DNA of 64,000 bases from Octopus vulgaris (GCA_951406725.2 OX597840.1:2046001-2110000), one strand, 5' to 3'; counted from the stretch's first letter, positions 38,542-54,808 are shown. Numbers and translations: made by a program. The notes: generated by a model from the sequence alone, not told the origin.

Positions 38542-39125
38542 ATAGAAATATATGTATATAGATGTGTGTATGTGTGTGAGATTTTCGTGGAAAATTTAGA
38601 ATAACCCCATTTAAAACATACAACGTACTTTTATAGATGTAACAATATGTGTGCATGAATATGATTGTACGCATGCGACGATGTACGAGTGTATATTTAT
38701 ATGAATGTGTGCGAGCATTTGTGTGTATTATATATAGAAATACCTATAGATAGGGAGATGTATATAGAGATACATGTGCTTATATATTTATACACAAAAC
38801 ACAGACACACACACACAAACACGCACGCACACACATATATATGTCAACAAATATATTTGCATCAGTAATGATTGTATATATATATATATATCTATGTGTA
38901 GGTGCCTCTGCGTTTATAGTATGCACTAATAATATATATATATATATTTATATTTATATGTATATATATATATTTATATATATACATATGTGTATATATA
39001 TATAAATATATATATGGCGGTGTCCCAGCATGGCCACAGCTCGTGAGCTGAAACTAGATAAGGATGAAGATATGTATGTGCATATATATTTATATACATG
39101 TGATATATATATATGTGTATATATA

Positions 39126-39294
<169 letters not shown>

Positions 39295-39756
39295 TATGCA
39301 CGCGTTTAAAATTATAAATTACTCATACATATAGTTGTGCTGAAATAAAATCACCACCTTTTACAATATATACACCTGCACATACAGAAACGTGCTAATT
39401 GTTGATGTGATTACGTGTAAGCCTATGCTTGTATACGTATGATCGCGCATACACCTGTGCGCGTGTGGAGCTGTAACATATATTTTATGTTACTATGAAG
39501 CTTTTTCTATAGGTGTGTGTGCGTTTTCATAAAAAAATTCTTTATTTTTATTGTGTTCTCTTTTGTGAGTGTATACGAGTGTGTATATAAATGTGTTTTT
39601 GTGTCAAACAGAAGGAACAAATAAACCAACCAGCAGCGAGAGTATCAGTAAATCCGGAACAAGACAACAAAATGGCGGAATTATGTGCGGATGTGTGCCT
39701 CCCTCTCTCTCTCTCTCTATCTCTGTCTCCCTCTGTCTCTCTTTATATATATATAC

Positions 39757-39787
<31 letters not shown>

Positions 39788-39815
39788 AGTGTGTGTGTTT
39801 TATATAAATACGTAC

Positions 39816-39849
<34 letters not shown>

Positions 39850-39909
39850 GTATATATATCTCTATCTATATATACATGTATGTATATATACGTACATACA
39901 TATATATAT

Positions 39910-40067
<158 letters not shown>

Positions 40068-40399
40068 GTATGGATATATAGATCATGCTATGTAAGAATT
40101 GTTAGCAGCAAGGATACAGAAATTCAAAGAACACATAAAAAAATAAAAATAGAAACAACAACAAAAGCAAACAGAACTCTAAAAAAAAAACAGAAACAAA
40201 ACTACAATCACCACAGAAGCAAGAAATATCAATAATAATATAAGAAAAAAATTGTGAAGAATTAAATTAAAGAAAATATATTTAAAATAAGACAAAAAAA
40301 ATATTGATCTTAAATGTATCTTCCTTCATTGACGACTTTAGACTTAATGAATGTGGTTAAAGACGTAGCAAATATGTGTGTGCATACATACATATACAT

Positions 40400-40454
<55 letters not shown>

Positions 40455-40481
40455 GTGTGTATGTGTGTATAAGTGCGTCTG

Positions 40482-40514
<33 letters not shown>

Positions 40515-40769
40515 CTTGTGTGTATGGATGTACACTTTATATTTTACTGAACACAGTACACGCTGTGCTAAAACTATCTTATCTTGCCAAACGGTTACAA
40601 ATCCATTAAAAAAGATGCAATTTGCTTTGTATTTTACATAGTGTGCATCTTTGATTATTAGTATTTTCATTCGTAAATTTGTGCTTTCTGTTGTTCCTCA
40701 TACATTAATACACCAAGCCTATATCCCACTATCTATCTATCTATCTATCTATCTCTTTCTCTCTATCTA

Positions 40770-40820
<51 letters not shown>

Positions 40821-40979
40821 GTACATATATATATAGGCATGTGTGTATGTATATATCTATTTAGGCAGATGTACGTGTAAATACCGAGATATATAAGCGT
40901 ATATACTCGCACAAAGACATACGTACGCCCACATATGCAGACTTACTCAAGAACGTGCATGGCATACTGTTTTGTGTGA

Positions 40980-41012
<33 letters not shown>

Positions 41013-41205
41013 CTTATATACACCTATGTATCTATATAGCATGTATACCTTTACACACACAGACACACATATATGTATATATACATATATCCATGCTTGT
41101 ATACTTGTATATATATATGTGTGTATATAATCTATATACATACATATGCACATATATATACATATATATACACACACATATATATATTTATGGATTATAT
41201 GTATG

Positions 41206-41255
<50 letters not shown>

Positions 41256-41811
41256 TACATATACTTGTATATGAATGTGTGTATATATGTGTATGTAGGC
41301 ATGTATGCATCTTCTTTCTTCTGTTTGCAATTACTTTCCTAAGTTTTTGCAGAGATTTCTTTCCGTTTCTATTTTTTCCCGATACCTTTTAGTACTTTCT
41401 TGTCTCTAACTAATATTGGTATTGTTGTTTTCTTAATGACGTAAGGTAGACATCTAAGAACGGAAGGTGAGAGTATGGGAAAATGTTGAACAAGATTACA
41501 GGAAGAATATAAAAACATATGTAACTATGTATTTATGTATATATCTATATTTTTATATATATATGTATGTATCAATAGTTGTATATACATATTCATATAT
41601 ATATAGGTATATATATATATAGGTATATATATATATATGTATATGTATATATGAATAGATGTATATATATATATATATTTACATATAGGTATATATATAT
41701 ATATATATATATATAAATTGTATATTATATATACACCTACATAGACATATTTCTACAATCTATATGTGTATATATTCTATATAAGATATACATATTTATA
41801 TTTACACACAC

Positions 41812-41853
<42 letters not shown>

Positions 41854-42298
41854 CTGTGTATTCATAAATATATTTATATTTGTTTAGATATGTATATTTA
41901 TACATATATATGTATATATATATTTGTGAGTGTGTGTGTGTTTGTTTGTTTGTGTGTGTGTGAGTGTGTGTGTGTGTATACTCACCTGCTTGTTTCAGTG
42001 ATTTGATTGCTGGTACGTTGTTGCAAAACCTTGAAATGTTTGCTCTGTAGAATCTCCTGAACAATCGCTTACTTAATTAGGGAGAAAAATACAGGAATAC
42101 GCTGCAATGAGAAGACAGTATCAGAATAAAGCCAATATACACACAAATCACACCGACACATATTCAGACGAACATATAGAAGTGGATGACAAAAAATTCC
42201 TGGATTTATGGGCACCACGTAACGCCATATGCATACATAGTGCGTATATATATTTATATATATATATATAAATATATATTTATTTATATATATATATA

Positions 42299-42608
42299 TC
42301 ACCGTGATCACCGTGACCGACCAGGCTATCAGATGTTGTTACACATCGCTGGACACAATGCGTTTCGCATTGTTTTAGCCTTCAAATGACACCACCCTGC
42401 TGGCTAAGCGAGCAGGCGAACAGAATAAAGAGTGAGAGAAAGTTGTGGCGAAAGAGTACACCAGGGATCGCCACCATCCCCTGCCGGAGCCTCGTGGAGC
42501 TTTAGGTGTTTTCGCTAAATAAACACTCACAACGCCCGGTCTGGGATTCGAAACCGCGATCCTACGACCGCGAGTCCTCTGCCCTAACCACTGGGCCATT
42601 GCGCCTCC
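42299..42608 (-). mobile_element. SINE family 1 head with alternative 3' tail
   Basis: 5' ~190 bp matches family 1. The tail GAAGGCTAAAACAATGCG..GGTCACGGTGA is shared with 52280-52586. Confidence 0.85.
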
Positions 42609-42609
42609 A

Positions 42610-42753
<144 letters not shown>

Positions 42754-42799
42754 ATATATATATACATACACACACACACACACACACACAAACAAGCAT

Positions 42800-43222
42800 A
42801 CATCGACCTCCCTGTCTTTCGCAAGCCGATATTTCACATAACTAATTTTTCCACCGTCTAGGCCAAAAAGAGCCCTCATTGTTGGTTCCCTGTCCTGTTA
42901 TCCTTTATTGTACTGTTTTTTTACTGTTTTTTCTTCATTTGTCTTGGTTTTACGCCCTGTTCTTATCACTTGTTTTACCCTCCTGCAAAAGGATTTTATC
43001 TAATTCCTTTTGCAGGAAGGATTGCTTCGTCCTGGCCGAGTTCTGCCCTTACCTTCGAAGCACGAATTGAGTCGAACCAGGGGCAGTTGATGAAGGGGAA
43101 TTTTCCTTGTATTGTTTGTCTTGTACTCTGTTTTTTCGATGTTAAAAAAAGTCCGTTTCCTTGTTTGATTTTATGTTTTCGTTTCTCGTTGTGTTCTACG
43201 TTTATTTGTATTGTCCTGTACT

Positions 43223-43225
<3 letters not shown>
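42800..43225 (+). mobile_element. family C element, longest copy
   Basis: Internal hairpin CCTGCAAAAGGA/TCCTTTTGCAGG. 3' part homologous to 22633-22810. Confidence 0.6.
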
Positions 43226-43298
<73 letters not shown>

Positions 43299-43375
43299 TG
43301 TATATATACATATAGATGTCGTATGTACATATATGTATGTATATATGCATATATTTTATTTATTTATTATATTGT

Positions 43376-43413
<38 letters not shown>

Positions 43414-43477
43414 CATTATACATTATTATATATACATACATATACATACACATGCACAGCAGAAATATCACAAAATG

Positions 43478-43515
43478 TGTAACTCAGAGAATTTCACGTT
43501 CTAGTTCATCGGACA
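43478..43515 (-). ncRNA. minimal hammerhead-like motif (family E)
   Basis: Minus strand reads TGT-CCGATGA-AC(TAGAAC)GT-GAAA-TTC(TCT)GAG-TT-ACA. Confidence 0.55.
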
Positions 43516-44351
43516 TTTTTGTTATATATATATAGCATAGTTTGCTTATATCTGAATAATCTATATTTTCATTTATGCACGTACACATGTGCGCGTGTCT
43601 TTCTATAGTATTTGTCATAATATTTTTGAAAGTACACCCTCTGTTTCATCGTGTAGTTTTTCTTCTAAAACAACCCATAAACAAATTAAGAAATGGGGGT
43701 ACCAATTTAGTCACCATAGCCCTACGCACTATTTGTCGACATATTTTAGTACCAAGCATGCAGCCTTGGCAATGAAATCCGTTTATTTTCGATGATTCCA
43801 CAGCATTTTCTCAACTGTAAAGATGCGAATGACATTTGTACTACATGTATGTGTACTTGTGGCGACATTCACCCTGGGCGGGTTGAATCGGCTTCTTCTA
43901 TCATGGAAGAAGTTTTGTGGGAATATGTGGATTTCACGAGCGGTCCCCAGCAATCCCGCATGTGGAGACATCCTCTTTATCGCAGATTGTTTCGCAGACG
44001 CAGGGACAGAACGACCGAGGGGCCACCGGTTGCCGAAGCAGACACTCCGAGGATTTTCACCAGAGCCCCGTCTGCCGGGTTGCCGCCCTAATACCACTCG
44101 GTGTCAGACCAATCCGCCATGGGTGGCCCTACCAGGAACCGATGTTCCCGACGGCATAGCTCTGACATTTGTGCACTATGAATTCTCATTAATGATACTC
44201 AACCAAAAGGATACGACGAAACAGATTGTACTGATGAAACCCGCTCCTATTTCAAAGAGAAATTTACTACAAGCAGAGTGGATATCCAATGGAAATCGAC
44301 ATCTCTAGAGTATACTTATAAATCAATATAACATGTTCTTATGCATATATA

Positions 44352-44397
<46 letters not shown>

Positions 44398-44491
44398 TTA
44401 TGTATATATATATATATATTTTATACATATACATATATATACATATATAAATGTATATGTTCATATGTATATATGTATACATATATGTGCC

Positions 44492-44551
<60 letters not shown>

Positions 44552-44808
44552 AAATGTATATATTCGTATGTATATATATATATATGTGCCTATATATATG
44601 TATATATATATATACACATATTTATATATAAATTATACCTATATATTTAATTATAAACTATACATATATGCATATATTTTATATATATGTGTATGTGTTT
44701 ATATATATGTGTGTATATATTTATATATATGTATATATATATATATATGTATGTATACATATATATATATTTGTATGTATATATATATATATATAGGTAT
44801 ATATATAC

Positions 44809-44840
<32 letters not shown>

Positions 44841-45263
44841 TTCTTATACATGTGTTTGTGCGCAAGCGCGTTTCTATGCGTTACTTTAGGGAAGTATCTC
44901 AGCTTTTGGTAATCCAACGAACACTCTGCAGTTATTGAAGAGCAATTTGCATTCATGAAACCGGAGACGATTGAATAAATATTTAATATATTACTACTTT
45001 CTGCACACTTATCTATATAATTTGTACTGTATAATCTCTGGTTTTCTAGCTACGTTCTGCAAGTGATTTCACACATATACATACATGTGTGTGCGAGTTA
45101 GTGTTCGTGGTGGAAGTGTTTATGCATGTCTGTGTTTATATGTGTATATAGAAATATATGCACACACATGCGCAAAGATATACTCACACACATACACACG
45201 CTCAAACACAGACGTATATTATCGTGTTTTAGCTTCCATAAAACATACCTAGAGAAACATATA

Positions 45264-45815
45264 TGTATGTACGTATGTATGTATGTATGTATGTATGTAT
45301 GTATGTATGTATGTATGAATGTATGTATGTATGTATGTATGTATGTACGTACGTATGCATGTATGTATGTATGTATGTATGTATGTATGTATGTATGTAT
45401 GTATGTATGTATGTATGTATGTATGTATGTATGTATGTATGTATGTATGTACGTACGTATGTATGTATGTATGTATGTATGTATGTATGTATGTATGTAT
45501 GTACGTATGTATGTATGTATGAATGTATGTATGTATGTATGTATGTATGTATGTACGTACGTACGTATGCATGTATGTATGTATGTATGTATGTATGTAT
45601 GTATGTATGTATGTATGTATGTATGTATGTATGTATGTATGTATGTATGTATGTATGTATGTATGTACGTACGTACGTATGCATGTATGTATGTATGTAT
45701 GTATGTATGTTTGTATGTATGTATGTGTGTGTGTTTGTATGTGTGTGTATGCATGTACGTATGTATGTATGTATGTACGTATGTATGTGTGTGTGTGTGT
45801 ATGTATGTATGTACT
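45264..45815. repeat. long (TATG)n microsatellite
   Basis: ~550-bp tetranucleotide repeat, the source of the MYVC/HTYI ORFs. Confidence 0.95.
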
Positions 45816-45976
45816 TATATACATCTGCGGTCGTATGTGTTTGTGCGAGAATATTTATAGAAATACTTGTTTTTCTATCGTTTCTTATCTGTTCTGGAAT
45901 CACTGTGTAACTCCTCCAGATTAAAAGTAAATTATATATTACTCATGTTCCGAGCAGTTATCTATATATATATATA

Positions 45977-46168
45977 TGACTCCTTTTTTTTTCTCTCCTT
46001 TTTTTCTCTCCTTTTTTCTCTCCTTGTTTTTATCTGTGTCCCTTTCTGTAGAAGAGCGTAGACTCGAAACGTAAAAGACTTTTTCTATTCCTGAGCGTTA
46101 TACTAATACATCTGTCTGTTTTGTACACCACCTATTTTAGTCTTTTGTTTTTTTCGTAAACTCTCTCT
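45977..46168 (+). mobile_element. family B element (motif 46042-46077, core CTGTAGA)
   Basis: Homologous to 8649-8852. Confidence 0.7.
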
Positions 46169-46183
46169 ATATATGTGTGTGTG

Positions 46184-46227
<44 letters not shown>

Positions 46228-46308
46228 TAGAAATATATATATATATATATTAGTTATAGAAATATATATATATATATTAGTTATAGAAATATATATATAT
46301 ATATTAGT

Positions 46309-46339
<31 letters not shown>

Positions 46340-46486
46340 TTGTGTGTTTGAGTGTGTGTGTATTTACTATTTTACTTCTTTCAGTCACCTGACTGCGCCC
46401 AAACTGGAGCGCCGTATATAACTTAACAAAATGAGATTTAAAAAAAATTCAAGGCTGTAAATTGATTTCAGAATATTTATAAAGAG

Positions 46487-46927
46487 GTCTAACAGCTGTT
46501 TCCCACATATTTTATAACTCCCTTCATCAGAGACGGTGCGAGAAAATGTTTAAGTAATAGTTATTATAGAAAAGATATGAAATACAGAGTGAAATGGAGC
46601 AATGAAAATATAATTGAGATACGTACGGATATTGTATCTGCCGTTCCATTTAAACAGAATGGTTTATACATATGTTTCCTGTAGTGTAATAACGAAAGCA
46701 GAACAACAGAAAATCCAAATAGGCCCGTTCTCGAGTTGGAGATAATCCCGTCATTGACCAATATTGGATAAAGGAAAGGAACAGTTAATTATGGTATTAT
46801 CAACATATTTCCCTCCCAAATCGCGGCGGAGCTTCAGTTTTTCTACATCCTGTAAAAGAACGCAGATGTGTTGGGCCTCCAACAAGGCCTTTCGAACACC
46901 CTTAAAGCCAAGAAGCCCTTCGTGTAT
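46487..46927 (-). mobile_element. possible Penelope-like element 3' remnant with hammerhead motif (46487-46534)
   Basis: Minus strand reads RKALLEAQHICV..KLRRDLGGKYVDN (GIY-YIG C-terminus-like), then GTCT-CTGATGA..GAAA-CAGCTG-TT-AGAC. Confidence 0.5.
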
Positions 46928-46934
46928 CTTTCTG

Positions 46935-46999
<65 letters not shown>

Positions 47000-47083
47000 T
47001 CATATATATATATATATATATATATATAAAGAAAAGTATACATACACATATCTATATATATATATATATATATACATACCACG

Positions 47084-47146
<63 letters not shown>

Positions 47147-47369
47147 AGGTACTGTAAATTTTGGGTGAATACTTGATAAGTGTAAGCACCCGTATACGCC
47201 AGCTAGTGGCAGAGGTGAGAAGGTATATATATAAAATAAAATTAAAAACAGAACACAAAGCATGTCGCGGTACGCGTGTTTCAAGCTTTATAAACCACCT
47301 ATTCTTACATCAGTGTATGATAGACATAAAGGATGGTTTAAAGCTATCTTCAGCTGCATGCAATTGTTA

Positions 47370-47543
47370 TAACAATTGTTTCTCTCCTTGTTTTTTTTTC
47401 TGTGTATCTTTCTGTCGAAGAGCGTAGATTCGAAACGTAAAATACTTTTTCTATTTCTATTCTTAAGCGCTATACTAATACATTTGTTTGTTTCTACTCC
47501 ACCTGCCTTCATCTTTTGCTTATTTTCGTAAACTTTCCCTTTA
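47370..47543 (+). mobile_element. family B element (motif ~47407-47445, core CTGTCGA)
   Basis: Homologous to 8649-8852. Confidence 0.7.
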
Positions 47544-47571
47544 TGTATATATATATATATATATATATCAA

Positions 47572-47901
47572 ATTGACCCACGTCTTATTCTTTGTAAGCC
47601 TAGTACTTATCCTATTGGTTTCATTTGCCGAACCGTTAATTTACGGGGACGTAAATACACCAACATCGGTTGTCACGCGATGGTTGGGTCAAACAGAAGC
47701 ACACATACATACATTCATATAAATATAGATACATATGCGACGGGAATCTTCCAGTTTTCGTCTACCATATCAACTCACAAGGCTTTGGTCGGTCCTAGAC
47801 TATAGTAGAACACACCCGACAAAGGTGCCACGCAGTGGGACTGAACCCGGAGCGATGTGGTAGGTAAGCAAGTTACATACCACACAGCCACTCCTACGCC
47901 C
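47572..47901 (-). mobile_element. SINE family 2
   Basis: Reverse-complement homology to 24350-24762. Confidence 0.8.
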
Positions 47902-47944
47902 ATATTGCTTCTCAGTCTTATGGCTAAGATGAAAGTTTTACCAG

Positions 47945-48024
<80 letters not shown>

Positions 48025-48786
48025 TATGTATGTATATATATACTGGAGATATATGACGTTTGCACAGACAATTGGGAAATTAATAATTAATGCACTCCTA
48101 TCTAATGAGGAATTTATGTATATCTTTGAAACGCTGCCAAAAGACAAGGCATTCTTCTACCATTTAGTCCCCTCCACCTATTCTACAATGAAAACAATGT
48201 TTGCCAAACACACCACGGACACACGTTTACAGACCCACGTGCACAGACCCTTTATTCCATTGTTTTCTTATCCAAACAGTTGCTTCATACGAAAATACCG
48301 AAAATTCTGTTAAATCTCTGTCCAGTGAGGTTATCTCTATCGTTTAGCAAACGGCATTTTGTTTATCTAAAAGGTCTTTATTACTGTAGATGAATTATTC
48401 AGCGATGTATTTTAAATGAAAGATTTACTTGATGTAGCTTATGAAGTAGAATCAAACATTAATACCGGACAAAGTGAAACATAACATTGGTGCCAATCCT
48501 TCAGTTGAAGAGGTCATAGAAACCTATGATGATGTGGGTGTTTCAGGAATTAACGTTGGTATATTTCGCACACTGGTTGATTTTTCTATAGACAAAACCT
48601 TCTTTAATTCTTTAGTATTTAAACATTTGATATCAGGTTCAAATGTTCTACCTGTTTTATGATTAAACCAGTGAGATCCGGTCTCTCACACCTATCCCAC
48701 AATGTACTTCTAAAAATAAACAAGCAAATCAATGAAATATCACAGGTACGAGTTAATGTCTGATTAATTGAAACGAATACTCTTAA

Positions 48787-49012
48787 CTTTTACTCTTTTA
48801 CTTGTTTCAATCATTTGACTGTGGCCATGCTGGAGCACCGCCTTTAGTCGCGTAAATCGACCCCAGGACTTATTCCTTTTAAGACTAGTACTTATTCTAT
48901 CGGTTTCTTTTGCCGAACCGCTAAGTTACGGGGATGTAAACACATTAGCATCGGTTGTCAAGCGATGTTAGGGGAACAAATACAGACTCACAAATATATA
49001 CACAAACATACA

Positions 49013-49078
<66 letters not shown>

Positions 49079-49248
49079 CACATATATATATATACACATA
49101 TATATATACGACGGGCCTCTTTCAGTTTCCGTCTGCCAAATCCACTCACAAGGCCCGAAGCTATAGTAGAAGACACTTGCCTAAGGTACCACGCAATGGG
49201 ACTGAATCCGGAACCATGAAGTTCGTAAGCAAGCTACTTACCACACAG
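48787..49248 (-). mobile_element. SINE family 2
   Basis: Reverse-complement homology to 24350-24762. Confidence 0.85.
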
Positions 49249-49707
49249 TGAATACATAAGCACGAAATGTGACAGAGTGAACTCAATGCTAAAGGCTTAA
49301 ACATCATATGAAAGCCTACTCCAAACAAATTTAAGATATACTTACTGAACAGAAATCTGATAGAATCGATATATATATATATTTTTTTAATTTTACGAGT
49401 TCTTGTCAAAGAGATTTAAAGACATACGCTGCTGTGTGTGTGATTCTAATGAGGTGACCGATATATTTCTGATGCTTGATTTTCGAGATGATGAAACTCA
49501 ATTCTTCATAGTTTTAGAAGATAGTCTGGGACTAATGAAATCTTGAGGTGTCGATTGGTCACATGAAAATATATTATCAGTGTGAAAAGGAAAATTGAAC
49601 CAACTTGTCATATACTAATTAGAACAGCGTCATTAGCGTTCTAGCAAAAGAATCTACTGAAATGACAGACATGCACAGATACGTGTGTCTGCTACAACTT
49701 ATATATG

Positions 49708-49758
<51 letters not shown>

Positions 49759-49786
49759 GCATGCATCTGTGTATATATGTATACAA

Positions 49787-50103
<317 letters not shown>

Positions 50104-50313
50104 TATATATATACTGTTAAATATATGTACATATACACATATTCATACACGCACGTACATGCATACATATACATATATGTGTGTGTGAGTGTGTGTATGC
50201 ATGAATGTACATACATATATTTACTGATAAATATATGTATATATATATATATATATATATAAATACAGATAGGCATACAGGCACATACATACATGTGTGT
50301 GTGTGTATACAGG

Positions 50314-51240
50314 CAGGGGTTGGATAAAATAATGGAAACACCTTAAACTTTCAAAGGTATTTTAATATGAGATAGGACCGCTTCTGGCAGTAATTATAGA
50401 TTGAATTCTCCGAGGTATGGACTCGTACAATGTTTTTAATTGTTTCCTCAGCTAATACAGTCTCCAGTTCTTGTAGTGAGGACGGTGGGGTATATCGAAT
50501 CCTTACTTTTTTTTTTTTTGTTTTTTAATGCACCATAAATTTTCAGTAATATTGAGATCTGAGGACTGTGGTGACCAGATAAGGTGTTCAACTTCACTAG
50601 AATGTTTCTCGTAAAATTCAATGCCATTTAGTTGTGTGAAATGGTGCATTATCAACCCCAAAGATTGCGTTTCTCCACGGAAACATGATGAATTTGATCA
50701 AAAATAATGCTTAAATAGTCTTCACTATTAATTCTGCCATGAAGGGAAACCATTGGGACGGCAGATTTCAAAGGCCCCTCCCCCGCCTAGATCATCACAG
50801 ATCCTCCTTCATGTTTAACGGTTGGAAAAAGGCAATCTGGGTCAAATGCTTCTTTTGCAAATCTCCACTCGTATACTCGGCCAGTGGTCAGAAACAAGTA
50901 GCAGATGACTTGTCTGCGAAAATAATATACTTCCACTGCTCTAGGGACCAATAGTGTAGCTTTTTACTCCAATTTGAACGTTCTGGAACGTTTGTTTTCG
51001 AAAGTAGTGGCCATCTGATTGCAGTCCTCCTGTGAAATCCGGCCTTGTGCAACTCCCTCCGGGCAGTTTTTTGTGGAAACGGTTCTCGATGTGGTCATTA
51101 AGCTCGTGATCAATAGTAACCACGAGTGTAATGGGTAGAACTGTTTATAAGTCTGACTTTGTGCGGACGTCCTAGTATGCAGTCCTGCAAATTATATTCA
51201 TCTGGACGGTCGCACCGATGATCTACGGACATTTATGTAA
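50314..51240 (-). mobile_element. degenerate Tc1-family DNA transposon
   Basis: TIR-like CAGGGGTTGGATAAAATAATGGAAACACC. Minus strand reads WSPQSSDLNITENLW (the SPDLNPIE motif) and WSLEQWKYIIFADKS. Confidence 0.8.
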
Positions 51241-51261
51241 GTAAAATTACGTAATTTGGAA

Positions 51262-51622
51262 GCACTCCGTCGCTTACGACGATGAGGGTTCCGTTTGATC
51301 CGATCAACGGAACAGCCTGCTCGTGAAATTAACGTGTAAGTGGCTGAGCACTCCACAGACACGTGTACCCTTATCGTAGTTCTCGGGGATATTCAGCGTG
51401 ACACAGAGAGTGACAAGGCCGGCCCTTTGAAATACAGGTACAACAGAAACAGGAAGTAAGAGTGAGAGAAAGTTGTGGTGAAAGAGTACAGCAGGGATCG
51501 CCACCATCCCCTGCCGGAGCCTTGTGGAACTTTAGGTGTTTTCGCTCAATAAACACTCACAACGAAACCGCAATCCTACGACCGCGAGTCCGCTGCCCTA
51601 ACCACTGGGCCATTGCGCCTCC
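51262..51622 (-). mobile_element. SINE family 1 with 13-bp TSD
   Basis: AAAATTACGTAAT at 51243-51255 and 51627-51639. Confidence 0.9.
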
Positions 51623-51814
51623 ACACAAAATTACGTAATATGTTAATAGTGAAACATGTATGCGAATAATCCATATTGTTATTGCTTTTTCTTTTGTCTT
51701 GCTCGATTACGTATTGGTTGTTTTGCTCAATTTTTCTTGAGAACATTTCTTAGTGGTAATACCATAGCGGATCTGTTTCTAGCATAAGGGTGTCCACATA
51801 GTGGTTTCCCACTA

Positions 51815-51950
<136 letters not shown>

Positions 51951-52155
51951 TGAATTGAAGAAATGGAGCTGAACGCAGATTGAACAGAAATCGTTTTATT
52001 TCATTCTACACGTGTTTCGAAAGGCACAAATTACCAAAATCCGATGGAATAATGGGACCATATTGTGTCTTTCTCACTGCTGTGATTTTTGCTACTAAGG
52101 TATCGGTTAAACTTTTGATTAATCTACTACAAGATTATTCATCTTTCTATTTCAC

Positions 52156-52274
<119 letters not shown>

Positions 52275-52279
52275 CACGC

Positions 52280-52586
52280 GGAGGTTCAATGGCCTAGTGG
52301 TTAGGGCAGCGGACTCGCGGTCGCAGGATCGTGGTGTCGATTCCCAGACCGGGCGTTGTGAGTGTTTATTGAGCGAAAACACCTAAAAGCTCCACGAGGC
52401 TCCGGCAGGGGGTGGTGGCGACCCCTGCTGTACTCTTTCACCACTCTTTCTCCCACTCTTTCTTCTGTTGGCCTGCTCACTTAGCCAGCGGGGTGGCGTC
52501 ATTCGAAGGCTAAAACAATGCGAACGCATTGTGACCAGCGATGTGTAACAACATATGATGGTCTGGTCGGTCCCGTGATCCCGTGA
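52280..52586 (+). mobile_element. SINE family 1 head with alternative tail
   Basis: Homologous to 42299-42608. Confidence 0.85.
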
Positions 52587-53132
52587 TATATATATATGCT
52601 ATTGTGTGTGTTAGTGTGTGTTGTTGTGTGTATATGTATGTATGTACCTGTGTGTTTCCTTGTGTGTGTGCGACTATGTATGTACCTGTATGTTTGTACC
52701 TGCACGTGTAAGTTTATTCTCTACATTGGTTGATATTGGTGATAAAATTGCAATTTCAGCCGATCCACAGAGCAAACTTTCACAAAAATTGCCATTCTAA
52801 GTATTGTAGTGGCCCTTCTATTCTAAGGGTTATAAATATATCCCGCCTTACTTTTCCTCCATCTGTGTTCCAGTGTTTTTAGGAGCAATTCTCTGATAAG
52901 CTCCCTGGATGTTATATTTTCACGCCAATAGGAAAAGCATACGTTATACATTTCCGAAACGCCATGTCTGATGAGTATTTTAAATATTTGTCGATTGTGG
53001 GGAGGTCCATTTTGTACGAAACCAGCTGGCAATATTGGATGGTATGCAACTTAATTTATTAGTGAGCAGAAGTAAAACGCCTAATCATTTATAAAATATT
53101 CTTTTCCAAACACACACACAAACACACACACG

Positions 53133-53163
<31 letters not shown>

Positions 53164-53179
53164 TTATATATATACATAT

Positions 53180-53248
<69 letters not shown>

Positions 53249-53249
53249 C

Positions 53250-53280
<31 letters not shown>

Positions 53281-53344
53281 CATACATACATATATATATA
53301 CATATATATATGCATATGTCCCCGTATGCCAATGCGTATATGTA

Positions 53345-53418
<74 letters not shown>

Positions 53419-53492
53419 TATATACACACACATATATACATATGCGCATTGTCATACGGGGACATATGCATACATATACATACATGTATATA

Positions 53493-53545
<53 letters not shown>

Positions 53546-53891
53546 ATGTATGTATGTATATGTAATAGGCAGACACATGTACCACTAAATGAACGCGACA
53601 ACAACACAAGAACAGAAAGCTGGAGATAATTCAATATACACGAGAGAAAGGAAGGCAAATTGTAACTGTGCACATAATTATAAGTGTGGGTAAGAACCTG
53701 TACGTGTGTGAAAGTGCGGTCTATGATCATGTATGTATCATGTATATCGATGTCCCTAACGATCACTCCCTCTCGCACTCTTTACCCTCTCCTTCTGTCT
53801 GTCTATCTAGCTGTATATCTTTCGATCGATCGATCTATCTATTTATCTGTCTACCTACGTATATACGTACCTATGAATTTATATAAGCAAT

Positions 53892-53923
<32 letters not shown>

Positions 53924-53984
53924 TATTCACAAAGATACACACAGATACACACACATACAAATAGATAGATAAATAGATAGAAAT

Positions 53985-54032
<48 letters not shown>

Positions 54033-54077
54033 ATAGATAGATAGATAGATAGATAGATAGATTGATAGGTAGGTAGG

Positions 54078-54135
<58 letters not shown>

Positions 54136-54406
54136 TAGATAGATATATAGAATGAGAGGTAGATAAATAGATAGATAGATAGATAGATAGATAGATGGAT
54201 AGATAGATAGATGCATAAATAGACAGACAGACAAACAAATATGTGTATATATATCTGGAGACTGACGACGATAAAGGAAGATAGTGATGTAGAGAAAGAA
54301 CCTAAGAGGAGACAGCTGAGAGACGGTGAACATTTTTTATTTATCTCTCACAGGAATATGTGTCTATCTGTCTCACTTTTCGGCTCACTCTCTATATGTC
54401 TCTCTC

Positions 54407-54462
<56 letters not shown>

Positions 54463-54687
54463 CGTATCTATCTATCTATCTATTTTTTTCCTTTCCCTTT
54501 TTTCCCTCTCCCCACTTTTTTTTTAATTTTTTAAAAATTTTATTCCCCCCTTTTTTTGTCCTCTTTCTTTCCCTTTACGATCCCTTTTGATCGAAAACCA
54601 AACCCCCTTTTTTACCCACGAAAGAAAAGCTCCACCTTGTAATTCTGTCCTGTCTGTGTGCAGCCCTGTGTGGTTAATAAAGAAACA

Positions 54688-54808
<121 letters not shown>

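Noticed and set aside
45098-45924. Long ORFs (MYVC/HTYI and IYIY repeats, here and across the window)
   Set aside because: They are translations of stop-free microsatellites.
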